From Longimicrobiales bacterium (lineage in GTDB: Bacteria; Gemmatimonadota; Gemmatimonadetes; Longimicrobiales; Gaopeijiaceae): a stretch of DNA of 64,000 bases. The stretch lies in the NCBI GenBank assembly GCA_965218295.1, contig CBDCKN010000009.1:224001-288000 (forward strand), in the 5' to 3' direction. A model generated the notes under the pieces. The model worked only from the letters and a program-made list of their open reading frames with translations, did not search any database and was not told the origin of the DNA. The translations under genes and the position numbers were made by a program. Numbering within the stretch: the first letter of the stretch is position 1; each line of letters begins with the position of its first letter. Shown in pieces: positions 1 to 10,087 of this stretch.

Positions 1-888
1 GCCGAAGTGTGTCGTAAGTTGAATCGCGATATGCTCGACGCGCGGATCATTGGCGACCACCAACATTACCTCGACAACCAGGTCGAATCCGATGTGCTCG
101 TGGTATACCATCACGGGATGGGGCTGGACCAGCGTGAGTTCGTGGCTGTGCTCAACCACTCTCCTTATCGAGGAATTGCCCCGACGCTCTACGGTTTTGA
201 ACCACACGCCCGACGGCGACTGCGCGTGTCGCTGCCGGATCACGTGACGCTGCAACGAGAGCTGTTGGCGGATCTGATCCGCCGCGAAGCCCCGGCCACC
301 GTGGTCATGGTGGGATTCTCGAGTGGCGCAGACCTCGGTTTCCAGCTCCTCGCCGAGCCTCTCGACACGCCGCACCAGGTCGACGGCTTTCTCTCACTCG
401 ATTGTAATGTCAGTCGCGACACTTGCTTCGCATCCGGGCGCATCGCGTCGGTCTCGGAGGACCGAGAACAGCTACTTCGCGAATTGGTTGCGTTCGGCGA
501 CACGGCGTCCACTTTGAGCGAGTGGCTCAACGTGCACGACTACCTGGTGAAAGTGTTTCGCAAGTTCCGCGGCGATGTCGACCCCCTCCGCGTGTTTGCC
601 GCCGACGTGGTGCGGCCGTTTGAAGGAGACGAGACCCCGTTCATCGGTTGGTACCGCACGGCCAGCAAGAGCCTCCGTGCCCTACGGTGCGTCTTCTCCG
701 ACACCGACATGTACAATCGGGGTGTGGCGAGGCTCAAGCTGGAGCACGTGGATACGGGGATGCTCGGTGAGCAGTATGATGAGGCGTCACTCGTGACCGA
801 GCCCGACGCCGATCATTTCGAGCTCGTGGAACTCGATCGACTGATGGGGCACGTGGAGGCGGTGGTGGGCGCAGCTCGGGCCGGATAG
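1..888 (+). CDS. Alpha/beta-hydrolase-fold domain, 5'-partial (probably the C-terminal part of a larger protein)
   Basis: Frame is open from base 1; HGMG and GFSSG (GxSxG) motifs; late DHF His. Confidence 0.65.
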   Translation, partial: AEVCRKLNRDMLDARIIGDHQHYLDNQVESDVLVVYHHGMGLDQREFVAVLNHSPYRGIAPTLYGFEPHARRRLRVSLPDHVTLQRELLADLIRREAPATVVMVGFSSGADLGFQLLAEPLDTPHQVDGFLSLDCNVSRDTCFASGRIASVSEDREQLLRELVAFGDTASTLSEWLNVHDYLVKVFRKFRGDVDPLRVFAADVVRPFEGDETPFIGWYRTASKSLRALRCVFSDTDMYNRGVARLKLEHVDTGMLGEQYDEASLVTEPDADHFELVELDRLMGHVEAVVGAARAG

Positions 889-897
889 TACTGGTTC

Positions 898-1554
898 TCA
901 TGTCGACCTCCGTCCTCTCATCCACCATCGCACCGCTACGAAAAGGGCTGCCGACTCTCCTGCGATCCATCCCCACCACGGGTAGCTCACCGCCGGCAGT
1001 GAGACTCCCTCCCCCAATCCCGTCACCCCGGCCAGCGCAGCGGGCACGATGAACGTCGCGAGCAACACGCAGCCCGCCGCTACCATGAGCGACCACTCCC
1101 ACGCACGCGGCGAGATGACTCCGTGATCCATCGGCCAGAGCGCCCAGGCCGCCGCCGACATGGAGAGGCCGATCAGGGATGGGGCCCACACCGGCCCGAC
1201 CCAGACAGTGGGGATGAGGAAGAGCACATCCGGCTCGAAGAGAGACGCCGGCCAGCCCAGCAGAATGCGCAGTCCGGCGTAATACGCGATGTCCCACACG
1301 CCGAAGACGAGCGCGAAGCCGGTCAGCGTCTGCCAGCCGGAGCGAGCCGCCGCCCACGCAACGGTGAAGATCATGACGACGGTCGCGGCCTCCCGGCCGA
1401 TCTCCACGGCCAGGATCCCGGCGTCCATGGGCTTCAGCGGGAAGGAGAATCCCTCGGGGTAGTAGATGGCGCGAAGATAGACGACGACCGCGGCTTCGAC
1501 ATAGCCCATCGCGACGGCGTAGAGTAGCAGCGCTGTCCGAGGGCGGCCGAACAT
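898..1554 (-). CDS. Hypothetical multi-pass membrane protein
   Basis: Hydrophobic ORF with VEAAVVVYLR and WDIAYY segments; start placed at MFGRP. Confidence 0.7.
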   Translation of the reverse strand: MFGRPRTALLLYAVAMGYVEAAVVVYLRAIYYPEGFSFPLKPMDAGILAVEIGREAATVVMIFTVAWAAARSGWQTLTGFALVFGVWDIAYYAGLRILLGWPASLFEPDVLFLIPTVWVGPVWAPSLIGLSMSAAAWALWPMDHGVISPRAWEWSLMVAAGCVLLATFIVPAALAGVTGLGEGVSLPAVSYPWWGWIAGESAALFVAVRWWMRGRRST

Positions 1555-1733
1555 CGGGGAATGCCTCCAGTCGGGATCATGGTCCCGCACCCTCCGAATC
1601 GACGGACGGGTCAAGACCGGCCGATCCGGGGCGTTCAGCGCCAAAGTTGCTGTGGTCGCGGGCTACGGCAACCCGCCTTCGGGCGGGCTCGGGGCACGGT
1701 AGGCGGACCTGGGGGTGATGGCAAGGCCGCGGC

Positions 1734-2075
1734 TCACCTCACGCGTACCACCCACCCGCCTCCGCCCGGCATCCCCGCGTACTCGTCGACATGGTCGGCC
1801 GCCTCGTCGTCGAGCATGTCGCGCACGAGCCCCGGCAGCACCGCGTCTCCCTCCGAACCGGTGCCCTTGCCGGTGACGACGTGCACCACGCTTCCAGCCG
1901 AGATCCGAGCGTGGGTCGTGAGGAAGTCCCGCACGCGCCGGCGAGCCTGTGCTCCCGTATAGCCATGTAAGTCGAGGGTGGCGACGGGCGTCTCGCTCAG
2001 GAGCCTCGCGACACCGGTCACTTCAGGGGGTCGGGTGGCGGCCTTCTGCGACCGTCGTTTACGGCGTCTGCTCAT
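1734..2075 (-). CDS. Smr/MutS2-family domain protein
   Basis: LDLHG and VVTGKG motifs; GGGGW C-terminus. Confidence 0.85.
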   Translation of the reverse strand: MSRRRKRRSQKAATRPPEVTGVARLLSETPVATLDLHGYTGAQARRRVRDFLTTHARISAGSVVHVVTGKGTGSEGDAVLPGLVRDMLDDEAADHVDEYAGMPGGGGWVVRVR

Positions 2076-2107
2076 CTGCCAATCAGCCCGTTCGCGTTTC
2101 CGCTGTC

Positions 2108-3724
2108 CTACCCCTCGGCGTCAGCCGTCACCGGGCTCGTTGGGGCCCTGTTCACCACCTCCAGGAACGCCTCTCCGTACCGTTCGAGCTTCATCGGCCC
2201 AACGCCCGAGACGGCCAGGAGCTCCTCCGGTGTGGACGGACGTGCCTGGGCCATGGCACGAAGGGTCTTGTCGCTGAACACGATGTAGGCTGGCACACCC
2301 TGCTGATCCGCAATCGACTTGCGAAGCTCTCGCAGGCACTGAAACAGGGCCTCCCCTTCATGCGAGAGCGGACCGGGCTCCGCGATTCGATCGTAGGACC
2401 TCGGTGATCGTTGTCGGGGGCCTGCCACCGCGACGGCCGTCATCCCCTCCGTCGCCAGGTCCTCCGCCTTCACACCCGTGCACCAATCACAAGACGTGGC
2501 GCACGCCTCGATCTCCTCGCCGAAGTGGCCGAGGATCTTCTTGTGCCGGCACCCGCCGTTCTCCACCAATCGAAAGAGCGACTTGGTGGCCTCGATTTTC
2601 GCCGAGTAGAGATCGGGGTCGTCGATGTCGCTCAGGAACCGCTCGTGCTGTTTCACGTCGGCCCACGAATAGAAGAGGAAGCAGTCGCTATCCAGACCGT
2701 CCCGACCCGCGCGTCCCATCTCCTGATACCAGGACTCTACGTCCTTGGGCATATCCCGATGGATGACGAAGCGCACATTCGACTTGTCGATACCCATGCC
2801 GAAGGCGATGGTCGCGACGATCACGTCGGCGTCGTCCCTCGCGTAAGCATCCTGGTTCGCCGCCCGATCGACGTCCCCCATTCCCGCGTGATACGGCAAC
2901 GCCCGCACCCCCTGATCACAGAGGAAGTCGGCCATCTGATCGACCGCCTTCCGCGAGGCGCAATACAGGATGCCGCTCTGCCCCGACCGCGCCTTGATCA
3001 GCCCTGAAATCTCGCGGCGCGTAGGTCCGGTGCCCTTCTTCCTGCAGTAGATGTTCAGGTTGGGGCGGAAGAACGAGCCCTTGAAACCGGCGGGCTTGCT
3101 CATGTCGAGCTGCCGGATGATGTCGCGGGCCACGGCGTTCGTGGCGGTTGCGGTGAGCGCTAGCACGGGCACGTCCGGCAGCGCCTCTCGGAGCCGCTGC
3201 AACCGCCGGTACGACGGCCGGAAATCGTGGCCCCATTGGCTGATACAGTGGGCCTCGTCCACCACGAGCAGCGAGAGCGGCCAGTTTCCGGCCTCCCTGC
3301 TCAAGCGGCCGTCGAACCCCTCCGGGGCCAGATAGACGAGCTCGTACTCTCCGGCTCTGAGCGCCTGGAGCCTCCGCTCTCGCTCGCCCGGCTCCAGCGA
3401 CGAGTTGATCGCAGCAGCCCGAAAGCCCAGGTCACCCAGCGCATCGACCTGGTCCTTCATGAGGGAGATCAGCGGAGACACCACGAGCACCGTGCCGTCC
3501 AACATGCGGGCCGGCACCTGAAAGGTCAGGGACTTGCCCGCCCCGGTGGGCATGAGCGCGATGCAGTCGCGGCCCGCGAGCACGGCTTCGATGACCTTTA
3601 GCTGGCCGGGGCGGAAGTCCTCGTAACCGAATACGTCGCGAAGAACGCCGAGGGGCGTGGCTGTCGGTTCGGGTGCGATCGGAGGCTCGATGTCCGGGTA
3701 ACGGGCGCGAGCCCCAAGGTACAC
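2108..3724 (-). CDS. recQ: RecQ-family ATP-dependent DNA helicase with HRDC domain
   Basis: [43 protein letters not shown], Zn-binding Cys, HRDC ([12 protein letters not shown]). Confidence 0.93.
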   Translation of the reverse strand: MYLGARARYPDIEPPIAPEPTATPLGVLRDVFGYEDFRPGQLKVIEAVLAGRDCIALMPTGAGKSLTFQVPARMLDGTVLVVSPLISLMKDQVDALGDLGFRAAAINSSLEPGERERRLQALRAGEYELVYLAPEGFDGRLSREAGNWPLSLLVVDEAHCISQWGHDFRPSYRRLQRLREALPDVPVLALTATATNAVARDIIRQLDMSKPAGFKGSFFRPNLNIYCRKKGTGPTRREISGLIKARSGQSGILYCASRKAVDQMADFLCDQGVRALPYHAGMGDVDRAANQDAYARDDADVIVATIAFGMGIDKSNVRFVIHRDMPKDVESWYQEMGRAGRDGLDSDCFLFYSWADVKQHERFLSDIDDPDLYSAKIEATKSLFRLVENGGCRHKKILGHFGEEIEACATSCDWCTGVKAEDLATEGMTAVAVAGPRQRSPRSYDRIAEPGPLSHEGEALFQCLRELRKSIADQQGVPAYIVFSDKTLRAMAQARPSTPEELLAVSGVGPMKLERYGEAFLEVVNRAPTSPVTADAEG

Positions 3725-3821
3725 GAATGCATGGGGCGAGGAGAGGGGTGGGTGGGTCGCGAGACCCCCATTCCGGTCGCGCGTGTTGTCTGAGCACGAG
3801 CCTGGACGAGTGACGTGCGCG

Positions 3822-4640
3822 TCAGCTGCGCACGGTGCTCGTCGCCGAGCCGGACAGGAAAGTGAACACCGCCTGGGCGACGCCCCACGGATGCAACTCG
3901 CCCAGGAACGCCAGGAGGCGGTTCAGCAGTCCGGGGATTACCGTGGCCCGGCCCGCCATCGTCCCGACGTAGGCGGCGTGTGCGATCCGTTCGGGTGACG
4001 CCTTGGGGAGCCACCGGTACGCTCGCACGTCTCCGACTCCCGAACGGCCGACGAATTCGGTATCCGTCGCGCCGGGGGCGAGGGCGGTTGCCGAGACGCC
4101 CGTCCCCCGCAGCTCCATGGCGAGGCCCCTCGTGAAGGAGAGCACGTAGGCCTTCGACGCCACGTACGTGGTCCAGTTCGGCCCGCCCTGGAAGTAGGCC
4201 ACCAGCGACGCCACGTTCAGGATCCGGCCCCGGCCACGGGACAGCATGTCCGGGAGGAGCCGTCGGGTCAGACCAGTCAGCCCGAGCACATTGAGTTGCA
4301 GCATTCGCTCGAGGCGCTCCGGATCGGCCTCGACGAGGGGAGCATGGTCACCGATCCCCGCGTTGTTCACGAGAACGTCCACCGCGATCCCGGCGTCCTC
4401 GAGTCCCCGCACGAGCCGCTCGACCTCCGCGGAATCGGTGAGGTCCGCGGCGCGCGTCTCGACGCGCACACCCGTCTCGCGCTCCAACTGGGAGGCGGCC
4501 CGTTCAAGGGCCGCCTCCTCCCGTGCCACCAGGACCAGATCGTGGCCGTTGCGCGCGAACTCCCTCGCCAGCGCCAGGCCGATGCCCCTCGATCCGCCGG
4601 TCACCAGGACCGTGCCCGGGTCCGCCACCAGGCTACGCAT
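3822..4640 (-). CDS. SDR-family oxidoreductase
   Basis: [17 protein letters not shown]. Confidence 0.9.
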   Translation of the reverse strand: MRSLVADPGTVLVTGGSRGIGLALAREFARNGHDLVLVAREEAALERAASQLERETGVRVETRAADLTDSAEVERLVRGLEDAGIAVDVLVNNAGIGDHAPLVEADPERLERMLQLNVLGLTGLTRRLLPDMLSRGRGRILNVASLVAYFQGGPNWTTYVASKAYVLSFTRGLAMELRGTGVSATALAPGATDTEFVGRSGVGDVRAYRWLPKASPERIAHAAYVGTMAGRATVIPGLLNRLLAFLGELHPWGVAQAVFTFLSGSATSTVRS

Positions 4641-5529
4641 GGCTCGCCACCCCAAAGGCGTCGATGTTCTCGCGAATGAACTCCGGCAGCGACTGCGGGG
4701 GCTGTCCGCCGATCCGCTCCACGACGTCCGTCTCGCCGCTGAAGATCCCATTCTGGTGGTCCACGGCGACGGCCTTGAGGTGCGTCACGGCAAACTCGTT
4801 CAGCCCGTCCACCCCCGAAATGACGTCTCCCCAAACGTCCACCGGGAGATCCACGTACTCCACCGTCGTGCCCAACTCCTCGCTGAGCACCGTGGCCATC
4901 TCGGCAACCGTCAGGTTCTTCGGTCCGGTGAGGACGTAACGCTCGCCGACGTGCGGCTCGGGGTCTGTCAGGAGTCCGACCACGACTCGGGCGATATCGT
5001 TAGCCGCCACGGGGGCGTGGCGCTCGTTGCCGTAGGGCAGGTACAGCTTGCCCTGGGCGGCGATGGTCTGCGCGCCGAGGATGGGGAGCATCTCGGCGAA
5101 GAAGGTCGGCCGAATGTGGATCGCACCAACGTCGGCCCAGTCCAGGATCTTCTCGGAGAGCCAGTGATGACGCGCGAGGGGACTGTCCGAATACTCACGT
5201 GCGGAGATCTGGGACATGTTCACGAATCCCCGGACCCCGGCATCCTGCGCGGCGGTCGCGGCGATCACGGTCGCCTCGACGAGCCGGCCGCCCTGCGGGG
5301 GATAGACGAAATACGTGCGCCCGGCGCCCTCCATGGCGTCCCGCATGGAGCGCAGATCGTGGAAGTCCGCCACGACCACCTCGGCGCCCAGCGACTCCAA
5401 CTCGTCGGCACGCTCGTCGCGCTTCCTCACGGTCGCCCTTACCGGATACCCGCGGTCCAGCAGCTGACGAACCACGGCGCTTCCGGTCTTGCCCGTCGCT
5501 CCGGTAACGAGAATCAGAGACTTCGACAT
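4633..5529 (-). CDS. NmrA-family NAD(P)-binding protein
   Basis: VTGATGKTG; RPTFF; GGAGGA RBS upstream of ATG 5529. Confidence 0.88.
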   Translation of the reverse strand: MSKSLILVTGATGKTGSAVVRQLLDRGYPVRATVRKRDERADELESLGAEVVVADFHDLRSMRDAMEGAGRTYFVYPPQGGRLVEATVIAATAAQDAGVRGFVNMSQISAREYSDSPLARHHWLSEKILDWADVGAIHIRPTFFAEMLPILGAQTIAAQGKLYLPYGNERHAPVAANDIARVVVGLLTDPEPHVGERYVLTGPKNLTVAEMATVLSEELGTTVEYVDLPVDVWGDVISGVDGLNEFAVTHLKAVAVDHQNGIFSGETDVVERIGGQPPQSLPEFIRENIDAFGVASHA

Positions 5530-5547
5530 GATGTCCTCCGTTAGTAT

Positions 5548-5563
5548 GATGTATATACAACAT
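5548..5563. promoter_or_regulatory. Putative MarR operator, copy 1
   Basis: GATGTATATACAACAT with palindromic core TGTATATACA; exact copy at 6115-6130. Confidence 0.7.
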
Positions 5564-5584
5564 TTAGTGTGAAAAAAAGACTTC

Positions 5585-6040
5585 CTAAACGGCGCTCCGA
5601 ATCGCGTCGGCCAACTGGTGAATCGCTTCCGTCCCGGCGGCCCCGAGAATCTCGCGGGTGCGACGTTGGGCCTCACGCCACAGGGGCTCCGCCTGTACGA
5701 GGATCTTCCGGCCCGACTTCGTGATTCGGAGCTCCTGAGAGCGGGCGGACTCGCCGGGACGGATGGCCAGCCAGCCGTTTCGCTTCATGCGTTCCACGTT
5801 GCGGCTCATCGTCGACTTCTCGATGTTGAGCCGCCGGGCCACCTCGCCGGGGGAAACCGAACCGCGGCGCACCACGACGGCGAGAATGTTCAGTTGGCCA
5901 GCCGTGACGCCCACGGGCCGAAGAGCGTCGTCGTAGATCCCCGTAACGGTGCGGCCGATGAGACGGCTTCGCATCGCGAGGCACTCCGTGGCCATGTCGG
6001 CGACGGCTTCTTCGGCTCGGCGTGTTGCTGTTTCGGTCAT
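5585..6040 (-). CDS. MarR-family transcriptional regulator
   Basis: CLAMRSR...YDDALRPVGVTAGQ; HTH KSTMSRNV; wing LRITKSG. Confidence 0.88.
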   Translation of the reverse strand: MTETATRRAEEAVADMATECLAMRSRLIGRTVTGIYDDALRPVGVTAGQLNILAVVVRRGSVSPGEVARRLNIEKSTMSRNVERMKRNGWLAIRPGESARSQELRITKSGRKILVQAEPLWREAQRRTREILGAAGTEAIHQLADAIRSAV

Positions 6041-6114
6041 TTCGTCCGCCCGCTCTCGGCGTTGGCAGTTGGCGCGTGGATGTGCTCCATTGGCCAGTAT
6101 CCCTGCCGTTGTAA

Positions 6115-6130
6115 GATGTATATACAACAT
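6115..6130. promoter_or_regulatory. Putative MarR operator, copy 2
   Basis: Identical 16-mer upstream of the marR-type gene. Confidence 0.7.
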
Positions 6131-6287
6131 AATGAGGCTTCCGTCAAGTTTGCTCCTTGTTGTTTTCGATCGGTCTCGAACTACCAGTGCGGCCGGAGCG
6201 ACGCTAAGGCAGGGGCCGGCCAGCATCAAAGGTGATTGCTCCATACCTTAGTAGCTGCAGTGGAGTGAAGCGAAGTCGTCCATCCTC

Positions 6288-6995
6288 GTGGGCCGGGCTC
6301 CCCGTGACATGTTGAGAAACCGCGTGACATTGCTCGATACCGCACCGATACCGGACGACGGCGGCGAGCTTGGTCTCTACCAGCACGGCGAGGACTTCTT
6401 GATCAAGGTCGTGGGCGGCCAGGACCTGATGAGCACTCGAACCCACGGGTCCGCGGACGCACTGGCCGAGATCGCGTGCACCGAGGTCGCCGGTCGCGAG
6501 CGGCCCCGCGTGCTGATCGGCGGCCTGGGCATGGGCTTCACGCTAGCTTCGGCGCTGCGCCACCTCGGGCACGACGCCGAGGTGCTGGTGGCCGAGTTGG
6601 TGCCGGCGGTGGTCGAGTGGAACCGAGGCCCCGTCGGGGAGCACGCCGGTCATCCTCTCCGGGATGAACGGGTCACCGTTCACGAGGTCGACGTCGCCAT
6701 CATGCTGACGGCGGAGGCGCGGTCCTTCGACGCCATCTTGTTGGACGTCGACAACGGCCCGGACGGACTGACCCAAGAGGGCAATGATTGGCTCTACTCG
6801 AGGGCCGGGCTGAACGCGTCCTACGAGGCACTTCGGCCAAGGAGCGTGCTCGCGGTGTGGTCGGCCGGTCCGGACCGCGTGTTCAGCAAACGCCTGCGCA
6901 AGGCCGGTTTCGAGGTAGACGAGGTCCGGGTTCGGGCGCACGGCGGGAAAGGTGCTCGCCACGTCATCTGGATCGCTCGAACACCGGAGCGATAG
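6288..6995 (+). CDS. Spermidine-synthase-like class I SAM methyltransferase
   Basis: VLIGGLGMGFT; LLDVDNGP. Confidence 0.8.
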   Translation: MGRAPRDMLRNRVTLLDTAPIPDDGGELGLYQHGEDFLIKVVGGQDLMSTRTHGSADALAEIACTEVAGRERPRVLIGGLGMGFTLASALRHLGHDAEVLVAELVPAVVEWNRGPVGEHAGHPLRDERVTVHEVDVAIMLTAEARSFDAILLDVDNGPDGLTQEGNDWLYSRAGLNASYEALRPRSVLAVWSAGPDRVFSKRLRKAGFEVDEVRVRAHGGKGARHVIWIARTPER

Positions 6996-7298
6996 AACCG
7001 CAACGCCGGCCTCGTGTAGAGCGATACGGTGACCGCTACGATCCGCCGGCGGGGCGGGGTCGGTAGACGGCGCCTCGACGAGCGAGCAGCTACCTAGACT
7101 TCCCACCCCTGGGACCCTCGTGCTCCGCGAAAACCGCATCCACCGCTGGGTCTGTCGGGCCCTGTCGGTCTCTCCTAGGTTGCCATCCACGCAGCGGATC
7201 CGGCCTGCACGGTGGCCGATTCGGCTGTAGTGAGAGCCCGGACCATGAAGACCGCCTGGGCGATACCGTGAAGTGACCTCAGCCTAAAAGGAACCCGT

Positions 7299-8504
7299 AT
7301 GAAATGGTTGCCCGCGCTCGTTGGCCTGCTGGTTTTTTCCGCCTGCACAGACCGGACGACCCCCAACGACGCCGACCAACACGGCGCGGCGTCTGAGCTT
7401 CAGAGCCTCCTGGACGAGGGCGTCGCCAAAGGCATTCCCGGCATCTCGGCCGCCGTCGCCACGAGTGACGGTGTGGTCTGGACTGGCGTCGCCGGTTTGG
7501 CCGACCTGCAGACCGGCGTGCCTGTGCGCCCCGACATGCTCTTCGGCATCGGAAGCATCACCAAGACCTTCGTTGCGGTTGTGATCCTGCAGCTCGCCGA
7601 GGAAGGGCGGCTGGATCTGGGCGCCACGGCCGCGAGTCTGCTGGGGCCGGCGGTGGACCGCATTCCCAACGCAGACAAAGCGACGATCGCGCAGCTTCTG
7701 AACCACACGGGCGGCGTGCCGAGTTGGGAAGACGACCCGGCCTGGATCAGTGATGGCCGGGGCGCCACACTCGATGTGAGTCGCATCTGGGGCAAAACCG
7801 AAACGCTGCCCTACATCAAAGGACACGAGCCGCTCGCTGCGCCGGGCGCGGCGTATAGCTACGCCAACACGAATTACACGCTGCTCGGTATGATCATCGA
7901 GAAGGTGACCGGCGAGGAAGCGGTAGACGAGATCCACCGGCGCATCCTCGACAAACTGGGTCTCAAGGACATCCATCTCGAAGGCTTCGAGCCCGTGCCG
8001 CCGGAACAGCTTCCGCACCGCTACCACTGGGCGACGCCAGACTTTCGCAAAGACGCGGGTGTGCACGCGGCCTTCTCAGAAGTGCGCCCAGAACTGATCG
8101 ACGCCAGCGGCTCAAACTTGTCGGTGGAATGGACGGCGGGCGGAATGGTCGCATCGGCGCGGGATCTGGCGCTCTACGGCGTAGCGCTGCGCGACGGGCG
8201 GCTTCTCAAACCGGAGAGCATGGAGTTCGTGACCGAATGGTTTCCGGCGGGCGAAGACTGGCAGATCGGGCACAACCTCTTTCGATCTGAATACCCGGAC
8301 GGACCAGCCTTGATCGGTCACGACGGAAGCGTGCTCGGGTTTACCGGCTCGCTCTACTGGGTGGAGGGTGCGGATGTGGTGGTGGCCGTGGTGTGCAACG
8401 TCGGGACGATGCACGCCGGGGAGGTGCCGGGCTCGGCCTTCTCGGTGGCGAAAGCGAGGGAGTTTGTCGACCTAGCGACGAGCGTGGCGGGCCTTGCGCG
8501 CTGA
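7299..8504 (+). CDS. Serine hydrolase (beta-lactamase/PBP family) lipoprotein
   Basis: SITK (SxxK), YAN, HDG; lipobox FSAC. Confidence 0.88.
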   Translation: MKWLPALVGLLVFSACTDRTTPNDADQHGAASELQSLLDEGVAKGIPGISAAVATSDGVVWTGVAGLADLQTGVPVRPDMLFGIGSITKTFVAVVILQLAEEGRLDLGATAASLLGPAVDRIPNADKATIAQLLNHTGGVPSWEDDPAWISDGRGATLDVSRIWGKTETLPYIKGHEPLAAPGAAYSYANTNYTLLGMIIEKVTGEEAVDEIHRRILDKLGLKDIHLEGFEPVPPEQLPHRYHWATPDFRKDAGVHAAFSEVRPELIDASGSNLSVEWTAGGMVASARDLALYGVALRDGRLLKPESMEFVTEWFPAGEDWQIGHNLFRSEYPDGPALIGHDGSVLGFTGSLYWVEGADVVVAVVCNVGTMHAGEVPGSAFSVAKAREFVDLATSVAGLAR

Positions 8505-8535
8505 CACGTCCCGATCTCAAGGATAGAGAGGTACA

Positions 8536-9027
8536 TCACGTGCCCCCGCTCTGCATGAGACCCAAGGTGTACAGCAGTGCGGCGACCAACGCGGCGGCCG
8601 TCCGAACGTGGTTCCACAACGTCCACCGGCCCAGGTAGTGCTCCCACACGTCACGGGCGGCCGGGTCGGTGGCGGTCACGGCGGCCAACTGGTCGTTCAA
8701 GGGAACGTTCCCGAGCACGGTGACGAGGAAGGTGCCCACGAGGTAGAAGAGCGCACCGCCCAAGAAGAAGACCGCGGAGGGACGACCCCAACCTGCCAAG
8801 GCGAGCCCACCCGCGCCGAGCGACACCACGGCCGTTCCCATGAACACACCCAGAAACGAGGGGTTGAGCACGACGACGTTGATCGACTGCATCGCGCCGA
8901 TGCCCTCCGCGGAGGGCACGCGCGCCAGGGCCTTCATCACGAAGCTCGAGAACGCGAAAAAGATCCCACCAACCAGGGCGGAGCCGAGCAGGGCCATCGT
9001 CCCGACGACCGGTATGAGCTGGTCCAT
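8536..9027 (-). CDS. DUF1772/anthrone-oxygenase-family membrane protein
   Basis: GIFFAFSSFVM, MQSIN, NVPLN, WNHVRT. Confidence 0.85.
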   Translation of the reverse strand: MDQLIPVVGTMALLGSALVGGIFFAFSSFVMKALARVPSAEGIGAMQSINVVVLNPSFLGVFMGTAVVSLGAGGLALAGWGRPSAVFFLGGALFYLVGTFLVTVLGNVPLNDQLAAVTATDPAARDVWEHYLGRWTLWNHVRTAAALVAALLYTLGLMQSGGT

Positions 9028-9111
9028 TCCTCAACCTCCGTTCGAAGTCATGACGGTGCGTCCCACACGTCCGTAGCGGCGGTGGTGCTGTTCATGGCGG
9101 CCGTCCGAACC

Positions 9112-10083
9112 TCACACGGTGATGACCATTTTTCCTCTGGCGTGACCTGCCTCCAGATGCCGGATAGCCTCGGGGACCTCGCTCAACGGGAAGGTCCTGT
9201 CGATGACCGGCGTGACCTTCCCGGCTTCAACAAGTTCCTTCAAGAACTGCAGATCCTCGTTGCGTGGTGCCGTATAGATGGGCGAGCGGAGCTTCTGGCG
9301 CACGAACGGTGACAGCATGAGCGCCCGGAGTTGGCGATCCGCGCCTCCGAACCACTGTCCGCCCCCTTCTCCTCCGATGATCACGAGAGTCCCCTGGGGG
9401 GTGAGGGCGCGTCTGAGGTGTGACAACGAACGATTGCCCGCAGTGTCGAGGATGACGTCGTAGTGCTGCCGACCGTCGGCGAAATCCTCCCGGGTGTAAT
9501 CAATGGCATGGTCAGCGCCGATCGATCGGACCAGGTCCGTCTTCGTTGTGCTGCACACGCCGGTGACTTCCGCTCCGAATGCCTTGGCGATCTGCACCGC
9601 GAACGTCCCCACGCCTCCTGCCGCACCGATGATCAACACGTTCTGCCCTGGCCCAACCTTTCCCGCGTCGCGAAGACCCCGGAGGGCGGTGGAAGCGGAG
9701 CTGGGGACGGCCGCCACCTGCTCGAAGGTGAGGTTTGCCGGCTTCGGCACAAACTTGTCCTCTTGAGCACACGCGCAATCGGCGAAGGCGCCGTCACAGG
9801 CGCCGAACACCTCATCACCCGGCTGGAACTGGTTCACATCCTTCCCGAGCGCCTCAACGTGTCCTGCGACATCCGTGCCCCGAACACGGGTTTTGGGTTT
9901 GCGTAGCCCGTAGCCCATGCGCACGAGGTACGGCAGGCCAGTCATGAGATGCCACACGCCGCGATCGACGCCAGCCGCGTGAACACATACAAGCACATCG
10001 TCATCCCCGACCACCGGCTTGTCGATGTCCCTGAGTTCCAGGACGTCGGGTGAGCCGTAGGTGTCTTGGACGATTGCCTTCAT
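9112..10083 (-). CDS. NAD(P)-dependent MDR-family alcohol dehydrogenase/quinone oxidoreductase
   Basis: MKAIVQDTYGSPDVL start; GAAGGVG; GHARGK end. Confidence 0.9.
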   Translation of the reverse strand: MKAIVQDTYGSPDVLELRDIDKPVVGDDDVLVCVHAAGVDRGVWHLMTGLPYLVRMGYGLRKPKTRVRGTDVAGHVEALGKDVNQFQPGDEVFGACDGAFADCACAQEDKFVPKPANLTFEQVAAVPSSASTALRGLRDAGKVGPGQNVLIIGAAGGVGTFAVQIAKAFGAEVTGVCSTTKTDLVRSIGADHAIDYTREDFADGRQHYDVILDTAGNRSLSHLRRALTPQGTLVIIGGEGGGQWFGGADRQLRALMLSPFVRQKLRSPIYTAPRNEDLQFLKELVEAGKVTPVIDRTFPLSEVPEAIRHLEAGHARGKMVITV

Positions 10084-10087
10084 CTCA

